A stretch of 49,634 nucleotides of DNA from Thermodesulfobacteriota bacterium (lineage in GTDB: Bacteria > Desulfobacterota_D > UBA1144 > Nemesobacterales > N074bin48), in contig JBFFSH010000008.1 of NCBI GenBank assembly GCA_041572575.1, forward strand, positions 1 to 49,634, in the 5' to 3' direction. Positions 1-8,572 of this stretch are shown here, piece after piece. Under the pieces are notes generated by a model. The model made no database searches. It was not told the origin of the DNA and worked only from the letters and a program-made list of their open reading frames with translations. Numbering within the stretch: the stretch's first letter is position 1; each line of letters begins with the position of its first letter. A program made the position numbers and the translations under genes.

Positions 1-87
1 AACGAGCAATAATATAATACCTATAAGCGGTAGCTTAGATTTTAAACCTTTTATAATTCGATTAATCCTAATTTTTCTAATAAACAT
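1..87 (-). CDS. 5' fragment of an exported protein running off the window edge; PilY1-like by position
   Basis: ATG at 87-85 follows GGAGGGGGGAG and reads MFIRKIRINRIIKGLKSKLPLIGIILLLV (basic then hydrophobic, signal-like). Overlaps the pilX stop. Identity inferred only from the usual pilV-W-X-Y1 order. Confidence 0.55.
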   Translation of the reverse strand, partial: MFIRKIRINRIIKGLKSKLPLIGIILLLV

Positions 88-682
88 TGCTCCCCCCTCC
101 TGGAAGAAAAGTTTCTATTCCAACCGAAATATGAACTCCGGTGTTTATATCATCATCTTTATCATCTTTATCTTTGTCTTGCGAGTCTTTACCTAATACC
201 TCAAATGACAACGCTGCAGCCACAGGCGAGCTCTTCCCCCCAGATGGCAGGGATGTGTGCTTTAAAGACCTCTGTATGCTCTTTACTCCTTCCGGAAGGT
301 TAACGAAAGGAAGAGAATCATCTGAACCAGAGTCATAAAATCTTGGTCCCGATCTGCATACTGCGCCGTTTGGAAGTGTAAGTTCAAGCGGATCATGTTT
401 ATCTATTGTCTGCAGGGCTACCAGAGTTTCTATACCTTCAATCTCAAACGTCTTTCTCGCTTCAACCGTGCAGCGCTCGGCTGCAAGAAATGCTTCCTGC
501 CCTGCTTTATAACTGCTCATTGTAGAATAATCCGTATTTGAAACAAATGATATCGAAACAGCCATGATAGATATGATAAGCAGGGTAATTAGTGCAATTA
601 TTATAGCTATACCTTTTTGAGAATCATCATTATGACGATTTTTTATGCCTTTATCCTTAAAATAAACAGAGTCTTCAATCAT
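77..682 (-). CDS. pilX: PilX-like type IV minor pilin / pilus assembly protein
   Basis: QKG|IAIIIALITLLIISIMAVS prepilin-like N-terminus lacking Glu5 (PilX/GspK trait), followed by QEAFLAAE; lies downstream of pilV and pilW. Confidence 0.75.
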   Translation of the reverse strand: MIEDSVYFKDKGIKNRHNDDSQKGIAIIIALITLLIISIMAVSISFVSNTDYSTMSSYKAGQEAFLAAERCTVEARKTFEIEGIETLVALQTIDKHDPLELTLPNGAVCRSGPRFYDSGSDDSLPFVNLPEGVKSIQRSLKHTSLPSGGKSSPVAAALSFEVLGKDSQDKDKDDKDDDINTGVHISVGIETFLPGGGSNVY

Positions 683-685
683 TGT

Positions 686-1912
686 TTAGCCTACCTCTTC
701 TCTAGATAAGTTTCTCAAGTACACTGTTGTTGTAAATATTTTGTAAATATACCCCTCACCAAGCGAATCTTCGCTTGTCGATATTAGGCTCCTGTCTCCG
801 ATTTGAGGAAGATTTTTAGGCGGAGGAGCATTACCGCTCATAAGCTGGGGTTTTAGCCTTGACCTTACAACCAAATAGACCTGAACGGTTGTTGTATCCT
901 TTGTGCGGCTTATATGAGGACCGCTTCCCGATTCAACCAGGCTGGGATCGGTAAAATCAGTAAATGCATTGGTGTCATCAAGCACACCAACTTTACTCGT
1001 AGTACCGTCTGGGTTTTGCAGATTAAAAACAAACTGCAGGTCAACTATACCCGGAGAGTTTTCTCCACCTGCTATGGCAGAAGGAGCAATTGAAGGATCG
1101 GTTGTGTAAAGAAGCGAACGGGTGGTCTGATTCACTGAGAATTGATAGTATTCGAGAATCGTCATTTCAGAGGTAAGTGAAGATATTCTGGGTATAAAGA
1201 AATTAGCGATAAAAGTGCTGATATCAGCAAAGTCAGCACTTTGGAAATTCTGCTGTATTATTGCATCTTTATTGTCAAACTCTATAACCTCACCCGAAGA
1301 GAGCACATCATCAGCGTCGACTTTCAGGATAGCCCCGCATTCTGTACACTGTTCTGGAGTTGCATTGCAGTCTATAGTACCCGTTGGATCACAAAGTATT
1401 GCCCGGGACCAGAAGCCTATTAAATGAGAATCACCAGATTCTATAAGGCTTGCATCACTCCAGGACTTGGGAACCTGTACCCTGAATGGATCACTTGTAA
1501 TTATAGTAACATCTCCGGGTGTAGAAGGGTAATCTTCATTTCCGGATACGTCAACACTATGTCCTCTTAACTTATCCCATGTATAGATCTGAACACAGTC
1601 AGGTTCAGAATTTTTAGTCCCAGGGTTTGTTGTAACCCCTGTACAGTTGGGACTACCACCATTAATAAATTTTACAGAATAGCTTTTTGCCTGCCTTGCA
1701 CCTGCGTTTCTTAATTTGCTTGCGATAAAATCAAGGGCCGTCCTTCCTGTCTGATCGACATTTACGGCCTCCTGGGTAAAAGTAAACTGGCGCTGCTGCT
1801 GCTGGAAAGCCAGCATCAATGCGGTAAAAATCACCGTAAATACTGCAATTGAAATTAGGAGCTCCACAAGTGTGAAACCCTGCTTGTGTTTGATATCTCT
1901 ATCTTGTTTCAT
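686..1912 (-). CDS. pilW: PilW-like type IV minor pilin
   Basis: QG|FTLVELLISIAV cleavage/methylation motif and C-terminal TTVYLRN. ATG at 1912 overlaps the upstream TGA (ATGA), so preferred over 1942. Confidence 0.8.
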   Translation of the reverse strand: MKQDRDIKHKQGFTLVELLISIAVFTVIFTALMLAFQQQQRQFTFTQEAVNVDQTGRTALDFIASKLRNAGARQAKSYSVKFINGGSPNCTGVTTNPGTKNSEPDCVQIYTWDKLRGHSVDVSGNEDYPSTPGDVTIITSDPFRVQVPKSWSDASLIESGDSHLIGFWSRAILCDPTGTIDCNATPEQCTECGAILKVDADDVLSSGEVIEFDNKDAIIQQNFQSADFADISTFIANFFIPRISSLTSEMTILEYYQFSVNQTTRSLLYTTDPSIAPSAIAGGENSPGIVDLQFVFNLQNPDGTTSKVGVLDDTNAFTDFTDPSLVESGSGPHISRTKDTTTVQVYLVVRSRLKPQLMSGNAPPPKNLPQIGDRSLISTSEDSLGEGYIYKIFTTTVYLRNLSREEVG

Positions 1913-2628
1913 GGTAAATGTGGCACCCTTACTGTCTGCCAATCTGCGGCATCCAATGTTATCTGACCGGATTCATTAAAATTGTCTATATGAGCAGTTA
2001 CTGAAAAAGACTGTGTAGCTAGCGTATCGCGAATAGTAACTGAACCAGGAGTTTCCCTAAATTGTTTGGCAGATTTTACGCCATATACAAGCTCTAAAGT
2101 CTGAACAGTTGTACTGTCTACAGCAGATTGTGTAAGATTAGATGTTCTTACAACAACCATAGATTCACTTGTTGTTATTGACGGATCGGTTAAATCTGAT
2201 AGACATGTATCGAGATCGGTGTATATCAGTTCATTTGGATCATAATCTGTAATTGGTATTACTGCACAGCTTGACTCAGTTCCAATAGTTGTGGGGTCCA
2301 GCATGAACGCAGAGAGGGGATTACATGGGCACCCGCCGCAGTCCATATTATCATCACTCCCATCGTCACAATATGAGTAGTCAGGGGTCCGCTGAGCTAT
2401 GACATCAATGAGTACATTAGAGTTTAAATACTGCATTTTTTTTGCAAATGCTATATCTGCATCACTTGTAAACTGTATTATGTTTGTGGCAGTTGTTCCA
2501 ATTTCGGCTTTATATTTTTGTTGAATGGAAAAATACTGCATCTGAGACATAGCAATAAAGCCTATACTCATAATAAGTATTGCAATCAGGACTTCGAGAA
2601 TGGTGAATCCATTAATATTCGTTTTAAT
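1909..2628 (-). CDS. pilV: PilV-like type IV minor pilin, probable non-canonical ATT start
   Basis: Frame extends upstream of the ORF-track Met to IKTNING|FTILEVLIAILIMSIG. In-frame TAG at 2643-2641, SD AGGGGAG at 2640-2634, ATT at 2628. Confidence 0.7.
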   Translation of the reverse strand: MKTNINGFTILEVLIAILIMSIGFIAMSQMQYFSIQQKYKAEIGTTATNIIQFTSDADIAFAKKMQYLNSNVLIDVIAQRTPDYSYCDDGSDDNMDCGGCPCNPLSAFMLDPTTIGTESSCAVIPITDYDPNELIYTDLDTCLSDLTDPSITTSESMVVVRTSNLTQSAVDSTTVQTLELVYGVKSAKQFRETPGSVTIRDTLATQSFSVTAHIDNFNESGQITLDAADWQTVRVPHLP

Positions 2629-2689
2629 TATTACTCCCCTCTACTATATGAAAATTAAAGAATATAAGAAACTAGACCAATTTTATTAT

Positions 2690-2705
2690 TACAATTAACA
2701 TACCA
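2690..2705 (-). promoter_or_regulatory. sigma54-type -24/-12 promoter for the pilin operon
   Basis: Minus strand TGGTATGTTAATTGTA versus consensus TGGCACG-N4-TTGCW: correct spacing, GT instead of GC at -12, about 60 bp upstream of pilV. Confidence 0.5.
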
Positions 2706-2781
2706 GTTCATAGATTTAATGTAAAATATTAAAATCATTATATTATGTTAGTTGTAATATTGTTTAAACTATATTGAAGCA

Positions 2782-2820
2782 TGCAGATTGTTGCGCATAG
2801 CGTGCAAGGTTTTGCACGCT
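2782..2820. promoter_or_regulatory. Tandem enhancer-like (bEBP UAS) sites
   Basis: TGCAGATTGTTGCG (2782-2795) and TGCAAGGTTTTGCA (2803-2816) start 21 bp apart; the second lies in the perfect inverted repeat AGCGTGCAA-GGTT-TTGCACGCT (2799-2820). Confidence 0.5.
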
Positions 2821-2859
2821 TTTCATATTCTTATTACAAAGATTTGATACAAATAAATA

Positions 2860-3004
2860 TGATGAAATACATCATCCATCTTGTAAAGGCAGACCAACTG
2901 TCATCATTCCCACCAAGGGTCAGTAGGGAATACTTCTTGCTGCCATAGTTCTCGGACTCTTTGCAGCAATACTAAGATCACTTAATGATTCTAAGATTAG
3001 TTAA
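2860..3004 (+). pseudogene. Relic of an IPTL-CTERM sorting-signal protein (C-terminal end only)
   Basis: Reads CKGRPTVIIPTKGQ*GILLAAIVLGLFAAILRS, matching IPTxxxWG plus TM helix, with TAG (2924-2926) at the Trp. No start or body upstream; left boundary approximate. Confidence 0.6.
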
Positions 3005-3362
3005 TTAACTTTAGACAATAGATATTAATCTAAAAAAGATACGCTTGGATAAAATTTCAAGCCTCGCTTTTTTTATTGTTTATTTGTATAATCTATGTAT
3101 TGTTCCTGAATTAAAATCAACAATTGAATCAACATATCAATAACATCTCATTCATATCGTATGGATAAATATTGAAAGTTTGTAGTGTAATTTTCAGATT
3201 ATTAATAAATACAGTGTTATTGAGTTCCATTATCTTTGTTCGGAATACATCCGATAAGGTACCCAGAACTACCTGATAATACATCCCGATTAATGTTGCG
3301 AATCTATAGTGTTTTTCAATTTGCACTATTAAAGCCCTACTGTATACTTTTTATTACAAATA

Positions 3363-3375
3363 AATACAATGTATT
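3363..3375. promoter_or_regulatory. Palindromic operator candidate for the TA operon
   Basis: AATACA-A-TGTATT about 20 bp upstream of the RHH antitoxin start. Confidence 0.4.
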
Positions 3376-3394
3376 CTAATTATACGAGGTTAAA

Positions 3395-3637
3395 ATGTCT
3401 AAAACTATAACCTTAAGACTTGAAGAAAAAATTTACAGTAAATTCAAAGCACTTGCCGATAGTGACAACCGTACGATGTCAAACTTCATTGAGACTTCTG
3501 TGCTTCGTTATATAGAAACCAACAATTTAGTTGATGAATATGAAATGGCAGAGATCGAATCAAATGATGAACTAAACAAAAGTATAAAGCGTGCGCAAAA
3601 AGATATGAAGCAGAAGAAGGGAAAGTTTGTTGGCTAG
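3395..3637 (+). CDS. Ribbon-helix-helix (CopG-like) antitoxin
   Basis: MSKTITLRL beta-strand, then LADSDNRTMSNFIE helix and an acidic C-half; overlaps the downstream toxin; SD GAGG. Confidence 0.85.
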   Translation: MSKTITLRLEEKIYSKFKALADSDNRTMSNFIETSVLRYIETNNLVDEYEMAEIESNDELNKSIKRAQKDMKQKKGKFVG

Positions 3638-3911
3638 CTATAGGATTTTTGAAACTGATGAATTTCAAAAAAAGTTAAGTAAGCTTGAAAAAAAAGATTA
3701 TAAGTTTGTATACAAAAAACTTTTAGACTATATCTACCCCCAGTTAAAAGAAGAACCCGCTTACGGCAAAAACATTAAAAAACTCAGAGCCTACGATCCA
3801 GAAACCTGGCGATACCGAACAGGAAACTATAGAATCTTTTATTCAATAAGTGACGAAGAAAAAATAGTTTATGTTCTTACGATAGATAAGAGGAAGGATT
3901 CGTATAAGTAA
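3630..3911 (+). CDS. relE: RelE/ParE-family type II toxin
   Basis: NIKKL...WRYRTGNYRIFYSI...VYVLTIDKRKDSY is the RelE pattern; TTG start at 3627 or 3630. Confidence 0.88.
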   Translation: MASYRIFETDEFQKKLSKLEKKDYKFVYKKLLDYIYPQLKEEPAYGKNIKKLRAYDPETWRYRTGNYRIFYSISDEEKIVYVLTIDKRKDSYK

Positions 3912-3935
3912 AATTATTTAATCTAAATATCAAAC

Positions 3936-4232
3936 ATGTTTTTATTTGTACCATTAATTTTCATTATCCTGGGTTCTTGTATATCTATTACAGCATATAT
4001 ATATAAAAAAACATCAAATAATACTAATACATCAAAAAAGATACGAAAAAGACAGCTAGATGATACGGATTAGAATCTGCAAAAAATATTACCTAATTTG
4101 TTACCAGATGATGAAGTAGATTATTTCGACAAATATAAGCCAGAGCATATGATTTATTCAGGGATATTTTGTGCTATGTGGGGTTTTATGTTGTTGGCAA
4201 TGTACTTGAAAGGATGGATTGAAGACAAATAA
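3936..4232 (+). pseudogene. Small two-TM membrane protein interrupted by an in-frame TAG
   Basis: MFLFVPLIFIILGSCISITAYIY...LDDTD*NLQKILP...IYSGIFCAMWGFMLLAMYLKGWIEDK; TAG at 4071-4073, both halves in one frame. Confidence 0.55.
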
Positions 4233-4250
4233 ATTTTTTACAATTTTTGA

Positions 4251-4565
4251 TCAGCCTTTCTTACCCTGCCCGCAATTCCAGCAGTCTGTAAACTGTCCTT
4301 CGATCATCTCACCGCAGCTACTGCACTTCCATTTTGGGTCTTTATCTTTATCTTCAGAAAAGACTTCTTTTAGAATCTGCTTGGCTTGATCATATTGTTC
4401 GTCATTTATAACCCAAAGCTCTGTTGAACACACTGTGGGGGGCAGCTCGCCTACAGAGCCAACGAGCATAAAGTTTTTTATAATGCACTCTATGTCGTTG
4501 TTTTCCATAATATTTTTGATGTTCCCAACCATAAGGCTGTTTTGATCTGTGTATAACCTTTTCAT
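4251..4565 (-). CDS. DUF2007-type protein with C-terminal RanBP2-like zinc ribbon
   Basis: GELPP...ELWV segment and WKCSSCGEMIEGQFTDCWNCG; start at MKRLY preferred. Confidence 0.8.
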   Translation of the reverse strand: MKRLYTDQNSLMVGNIKNIMENNDIECIIKNFMLVGSVGELPPTVCSTELWVINDEQYDQAKQILKEVFSEDKDKDPKWKCSSCGEMIEGQFTDCWNCGQGKKG

Positions 4566-4691
4566 TCTTCTTCTATTAGATAACAATTATGTAAAACATA
4601 TTCAGCAATATTTCAAACAAAGCTCCACTAATATCTTATGAAAGTTTATTTTATAAAGACTGGCAGAATATAAAGCAAGAGTTATAGAAAA

Positions 4692-6512
4692 CTACACAAA
4701 TGAATAATCAGCCGTGTCTTTTATGTTTCTGTACCAGTGGGTGACTTTCAGTATTCCTGCTAACGCTGATTTAATTTGCTTTCTATCAAGCACAAGATGA
4801 ATACCACCGTGCTGCTCATAAAATTCTGATGACATTATTTCAGGATCTACTCCCCTGCCGCCGCTTGTAAGCTTAACTACCCTGTCTCCTGCAAAGGCAA
4901 TATTAGCTTTTTTCTCTGAGATAATAAAATCTCCCTGCACGGCATAACTTGCAAGCGCTCCGCCTGTTGTAGGATGGCCAAGAATTGTAATGTACGGAAG
5001 ACCTGCTTCTTTTAACTTAAGAGATGAAGCGATAGTTTTTGCCATCTGATAAAGAGCCACAGTACCTTCCTGCATCCTAGCTCCTCCTGTTGCAGATATT
5101 GAGATAAGAGGAAGTTTGTTCATAAGAGCATATTCGGTTATCAATCTCATTTTCTCACCAAATACCGAGCCCATCGATCCACCCATAAACCTGAAGTCAC
5201 TAACAGCAACTGCCACGGGGGTCTCAAATATCATACCGTAACCAACTACAAGAGAATCCTTTGAGTCGGTTTTCTTACCCATTTTCTGCCTGCTTGAAGA
5301 ATAATCATAAAAATTGAACCTGCTATCAATATTATCCAAAGAAATATCGGGTCTAATCTCATTGAATGAGCCGTCATCTAGAAGCATTTCAATATACTCA
5401 TCCGAAGTAAGCGGCATCTGCTTTGAGCATTTTGGGCATGACTGATAATTGAGTCTAAATTCATCCTCAGTAGTCTGATTTTTACACCCAGCCCGAACGA
5501 CTTTACCCTCCTGATCCTTTTCATCATTACACACATAGGGTTCTCCGCCATATAGAGCTATCTGCATCTGTGATACATCGGGATTTTTTGATTTACTGAA
5601 AGAAGATCTGACCAGCTTTTTAAGTTTCCTTGCAAATGTATTATATTTTTGGTGGTGCTGCTCAATCTGACCGCATTGTTCTATGTTTTTAATAAGAATT
5701 TCACGCAAGTAGTTTACATCAGATTTTTTGAGTTCATTTGTAGCTTTAGTTAGGGCTTTATTTATGTTTTCGAGTACTTTGGGGAAATAGTCTGCCTTAT
5801 CGAGCATAGGCTCTTTTATAATATCATCTATGATTCCATATTTCTGCATATAGTCGGCTGTGGGCTGCAGCACCTTGAGGGCCTCTTCTTCATTATCGGC
5901 AGTTCTGAACAATATTGCAGAACAACCCTTGGAAGTTATAACAGCATACTCGGCTCTTGAGAGCATAAAACGCTTGTGCGCAAGCTGAATTGCTATTGCT
6001 CCGCCGCTTCCTCCACTGCCGAGAACAACCGAAATAGATTTGGTTTTAAGGCTTATCATTTTAGCCTGACAGTAAGAAATTAGCCACGACTGCAGTTTTT
6101 CAGCCGAATATTCATAAGGGTCGCCACCAATAGTGTCCACATATGTATGGAGCATAATGTTGTGCCTTTCTGCATATTCCATCATGTTAAGAGAAAGCCC
6201 GTAACCGTCTGCTTTTACCAGTCCAAAATTAAGTTTAATCCTCTCTGAATCATCCGAAGGAGTCTGCTGAGCTACAATAGCAACTCTCTCTCCCGTTGAC
6301 TTAAATATTGCAGTACCGATTATCATTGCGGGATCGTCCTGAAATTCTATTCTTTTTCCTGACGGTGCATGAATATACGGATAGAAATCATCAAGTTCAT
6401 TCCAAGGAATAAAATCTGAATACAGGTTTTCTACCACATGTTTGGATTTTATCCTGTCATAAGAAATAGAATCATCATGCAGCTTAAGACTTTTCGATTT
6501 ATTAGTGCTCAT
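4692..6512 (-). CDS. Acyl-CoA carboxylase carboxyltransferase, fused AccA-like (N-terminal) and AccD-like (C-terminal) halves
   Basis: N-half VDTIGG, GSGGSGGAIA and YAVITSKGCSAIL (AccA-like); C-half CPKC, FMGGSMG, SATGGARMQEG, PTTGG and IAFAG (AccD-like). Confidence 0.9.
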   Translation of the reverse strand: MSTNKSKSLKLHDDSISYDRIKSKHVVENLYSDFIPWNELDDFYPYIHAPSGKRIEFQDDPAMIIGTAIFKSTGERVAIVAQQTPSDDSERIKLNFGLVKADGYGLSLNMMEYAERHNIMLHTYVDTIGGDPYEYSAEKLQSWLISYCQAKMISLKTKSISVVLGSGGSGGAIAIQLAHKRFMLSRAEYAVITSKGCSAILFRTADNEEEALKVLQPTADYMQKYGIIDDIIKEPMLDKADYFPKVLENINKALTKATNELKKSDVNYLREILIKNIEQCGQIEQHHQKYNTFARKLKKLVRSSFSKSKNPDVSQMQIALYGGEPYVCNDEKDQEGKVVRAGCKNQTTEDEFRLNYQSCPKCSKQMPLTSDEYIEMLLDDGSFNEIRPDISLDNIDSRFNFYDYSSSRQKMGKKTDSKDSLVVGYGMIFETPVAVAVSDFRFMGGSMGSVFGEKMRLITEYALMNKLPLISISATGGARMQEGTVALYQMAKTIASSLKLKEAGLPYITILGHPTTGGALASYAVQGDFIISEKKANIAFAGDRVVKLTSGGRGVDPEIMSSEFYEQHGGIHLVLDRKQIKSALAGILKVTHWYRNIKDTADYSFV

Positions 6513-6589
6513 TAAAATACCCCAGATAAAATTAGTTCGGTCTCTAAGACCTTAGATTATATATATAAATAATTATAATTAAAGATATA

Positions 6590-7522
6590 TTAGATTAAAT
6601 TTTCTTTTTTAAATTTCTCATACTTATCAAAATCAAAATCATGATCCAAAGCACAAATGTTCTCTTCTACCTGCCTTGTAGTCTTTGCGCCCGGTATTAC
6701 TACAGATACAGACTCATACCGTAGAGTATACTTTATTGATCCACAGATCATGTTTCCATTTGATCCGAAATACCCCTTTAGTAATTCTACATTATTTAAC
6801 TGCTGTTCTAAATACCCTTCACTAAAACCATGTCTGTGATCATTTTTTGAAAATACAGAATTCTTTGTATATTTACCACTCAGCAGTCCATTTGCCAGAG
6901 GTTCGCGTATTATCATCCCCGTTCGGGTTCTTTTACATAAATCAAATAACCCGGATTTATCGATCCTATCAAGCAAATTAAGTCTTACCTCTACTACATC
7001 TGGATTAAATTGCTCTAAACAAGGCAGTATTTTATCATAATAGTAGTCATTTATGGATATTCCAAAAAATCTGATTATTCCTTCATTTTTTAAGGAATTA
7101 AGGGTATTAATGACATCAAATTCCTTAATTTTTTGAGGATCGGAGCTATGTATGAGATAAACATCGACATTTTCTCTTTTTAAGCGCTGCAGGCTCTGCT
7201 TCACCGCAAATCTAATATATTTTTCATCGAGATTGCTTTTAATACCTGATTCTGAATAAAAATCCCACCCGAACTTCGTACAAATAATGGCGTTCCTATC
7301 CCCTCTGGACTCCAAAACATCTCCTATAAGCATTTCACTATGGCCGTTTCCATAAGAATCTGCAGTATCAATAAAATTCACACCTAAATCCAGTGCCCTG
7401 TGCAAGGCTTTTTTAGACTCAGTATCGTCAGTCGGCCCATACCCAGCACCTCCAATCGCCCACGCGCCAAACCCAATCTCTGATACTTTTAGTCCGGTAC
7501 TTCCAAGCTCTCTGTATTTCAT
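6590..7522 (-). CDS. Aldo/keto reductase
   Basis: MKYRELGSTGLKVSEIGFGAW, FIDTADSYGNGHSE, SLQRL..VDVYLIH, PLANGLLSGKY. Confidence 0.95.
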   Translation of the reverse strand: MKYRELGSTGLKVSEIGFGAWAIGGAGYGPTDDTESKKALHRALDLGVNFIDTADSYGNGHSEMLIGDVLESRGDRNAIICTKFGWDFYSESGIKSNLDEKYIRFAVKQSLQRLKRENVDVYLIHSSDPQKIKEFDVINTLNSLKNEGIIRFFGISINDYYYDKILPCLEQFNPDVVEVRLNLLDRIDKSGLFDLCKRTRTGMIIREPLANGLLSGKYTKNSVFSKNDHRHGFSEGYLEQQLNNVELLKGYFGSNGNMICGSIKYTLRYESVSVVIPGAKTTRQVEENICALDHDFDFDKYEKFKKENLI

Positions 7523-7550
7523 ATTGATTGTAAAATTAGTATTAAAAACA

Positions 7551-7590
7551 AAAAAACCATGGATGAGCAGTCAATTGCTCAACCATGGTT
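7551..7590 (-). terminator. Intrinsic terminator after the A-type Fe-S carrier gene
   Basis: Minus strand AACCATGGTTGAGCA-ATTGAC-TGCTCATCCATGGTT followed by a T run. Confidence 0.7.
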
Positions 7591-7616
7591 ATAAATTTTG
7601 TAGTTTTATTTGTAAA

Positions 7617-7943
7617 TTAAACTGTAAAAGAAGTACCGCAGCCACACTGCCCTACTGCGTTTGGATTTTCAATGTGAAACCCCGTACCATTGAGCCCATC
7701 TTTAAAATCCAGAGTACCACCTTTAATATAAGGATAACTAAACTCATCTATTGCAACCTTTACGTCGCCAACCTCAAAGATCTGATCATTTTCTTCAGTT
7801 TCGTCGTCAAAACCCATCTCATAAGAAAATCCTGAACAACCCCCGGGTACAACTCTTACCCTGAGAAATGCATTATCAATTTCATCATCTTCTGATATCA
7901 GTCTTTTAATCTCATTAGCCGCTTTTGTTGTAACTTCAAACAT
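7617..7943 (-). CDS. A-type Fe-S cluster carrier (IscA/ErpA/HesB family)
   Basis: GGCSGFSY and NPNAVGQCGCGTSF motifs; SD AGGAGG. Confidence 0.95.
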   Translation of the reverse strand: MFEVTTKAANEIKRLISEDDEIDNAFLRVRVVPGGCSGFSYEMGFDDETEENDQIFEVGDVKVAIDEFSYPYIKGGTLDFKDGLNGTGFHIENPNAVGQCGCGTSFTV

Positions 7944-7969
7944 ACTTACTACCTCCTGCTAAATCTGCT

Positions 7970-8452
7970 CTATAATTCATTACGTTTAGCAATGTTTAAT
8001 AAAATAACAATTCCCGCTAAAAATACAAGACCATTGATTATTACAGAGTTTCTATGAGAGCTTTTAAAAGTTTTTTCTGATTTTATATATACTTCTGCTC
8101 CGGGATCAGAGTGTTTCATTACAGATTTTGCCTGCAGTGCAGAATTTCTAATATATGTGCCCGAAAAAACTGTAAAAATTAACATTAAACAAACAAGTGC
8201 AAGCCTTATATACCTAAATATATTCCTGTCTTTATCAATTTTTATCAATAATAATAGCGAAATTATAGATATACCTGCAAGTACATACTGTATGAGATAA
8301 TATTTATTAAAAATAATAGTGATAAGAACTCCGGCCTCGGGTTTTGGCAGTGCGCCAAATATCGATGGAGCAGTAACAGCGGAAAAAAAGAAGATGCTTC
8401 CAAGCCAGAAGCTTACTGAAACAAGAAATAAGAACTTAATAAATGTCATCAT
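7970..8452 (-). CDS. DUF4149/TMEM205-like four-TM membrane protein
   Basis: WLGSIFFFSAVTAPSIF..LP..EAG and F...HR.SV..N patterns. Confidence 0.75.
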   Translation of the reverse strand: MMTFIKFLFLVSVSFWLGSIFFFSAVTAPSIFGALPKPEAGVLITIIFNKYYLIQYVLAGISIISLLLLIKIDKDRNIFRYIRLALVCLMLIFTVFSGTYIRNSALQAKSVMKHSDPGAEVYIKSEKTFKSSHRNSVIINGLVFLAGIVILLNIAKRNEL

Positions 8453-8572
8453 AATAACAGAGAATTTACATGATTTTTTGGTTTTTACATTTTTAGATGG
8501 AAAGTAACATAGTTATTGCTATCCTATTATGAAATGATATAGTTTCTAAATTTTTTTTGGGAGGAACAGCTA

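Noticed and set aside
3129..3326. 65-aa minus-strand ORF as a real gene
   Set aside because: No convincing SD or family motif; at most a decayed fragment, covered in the findings.
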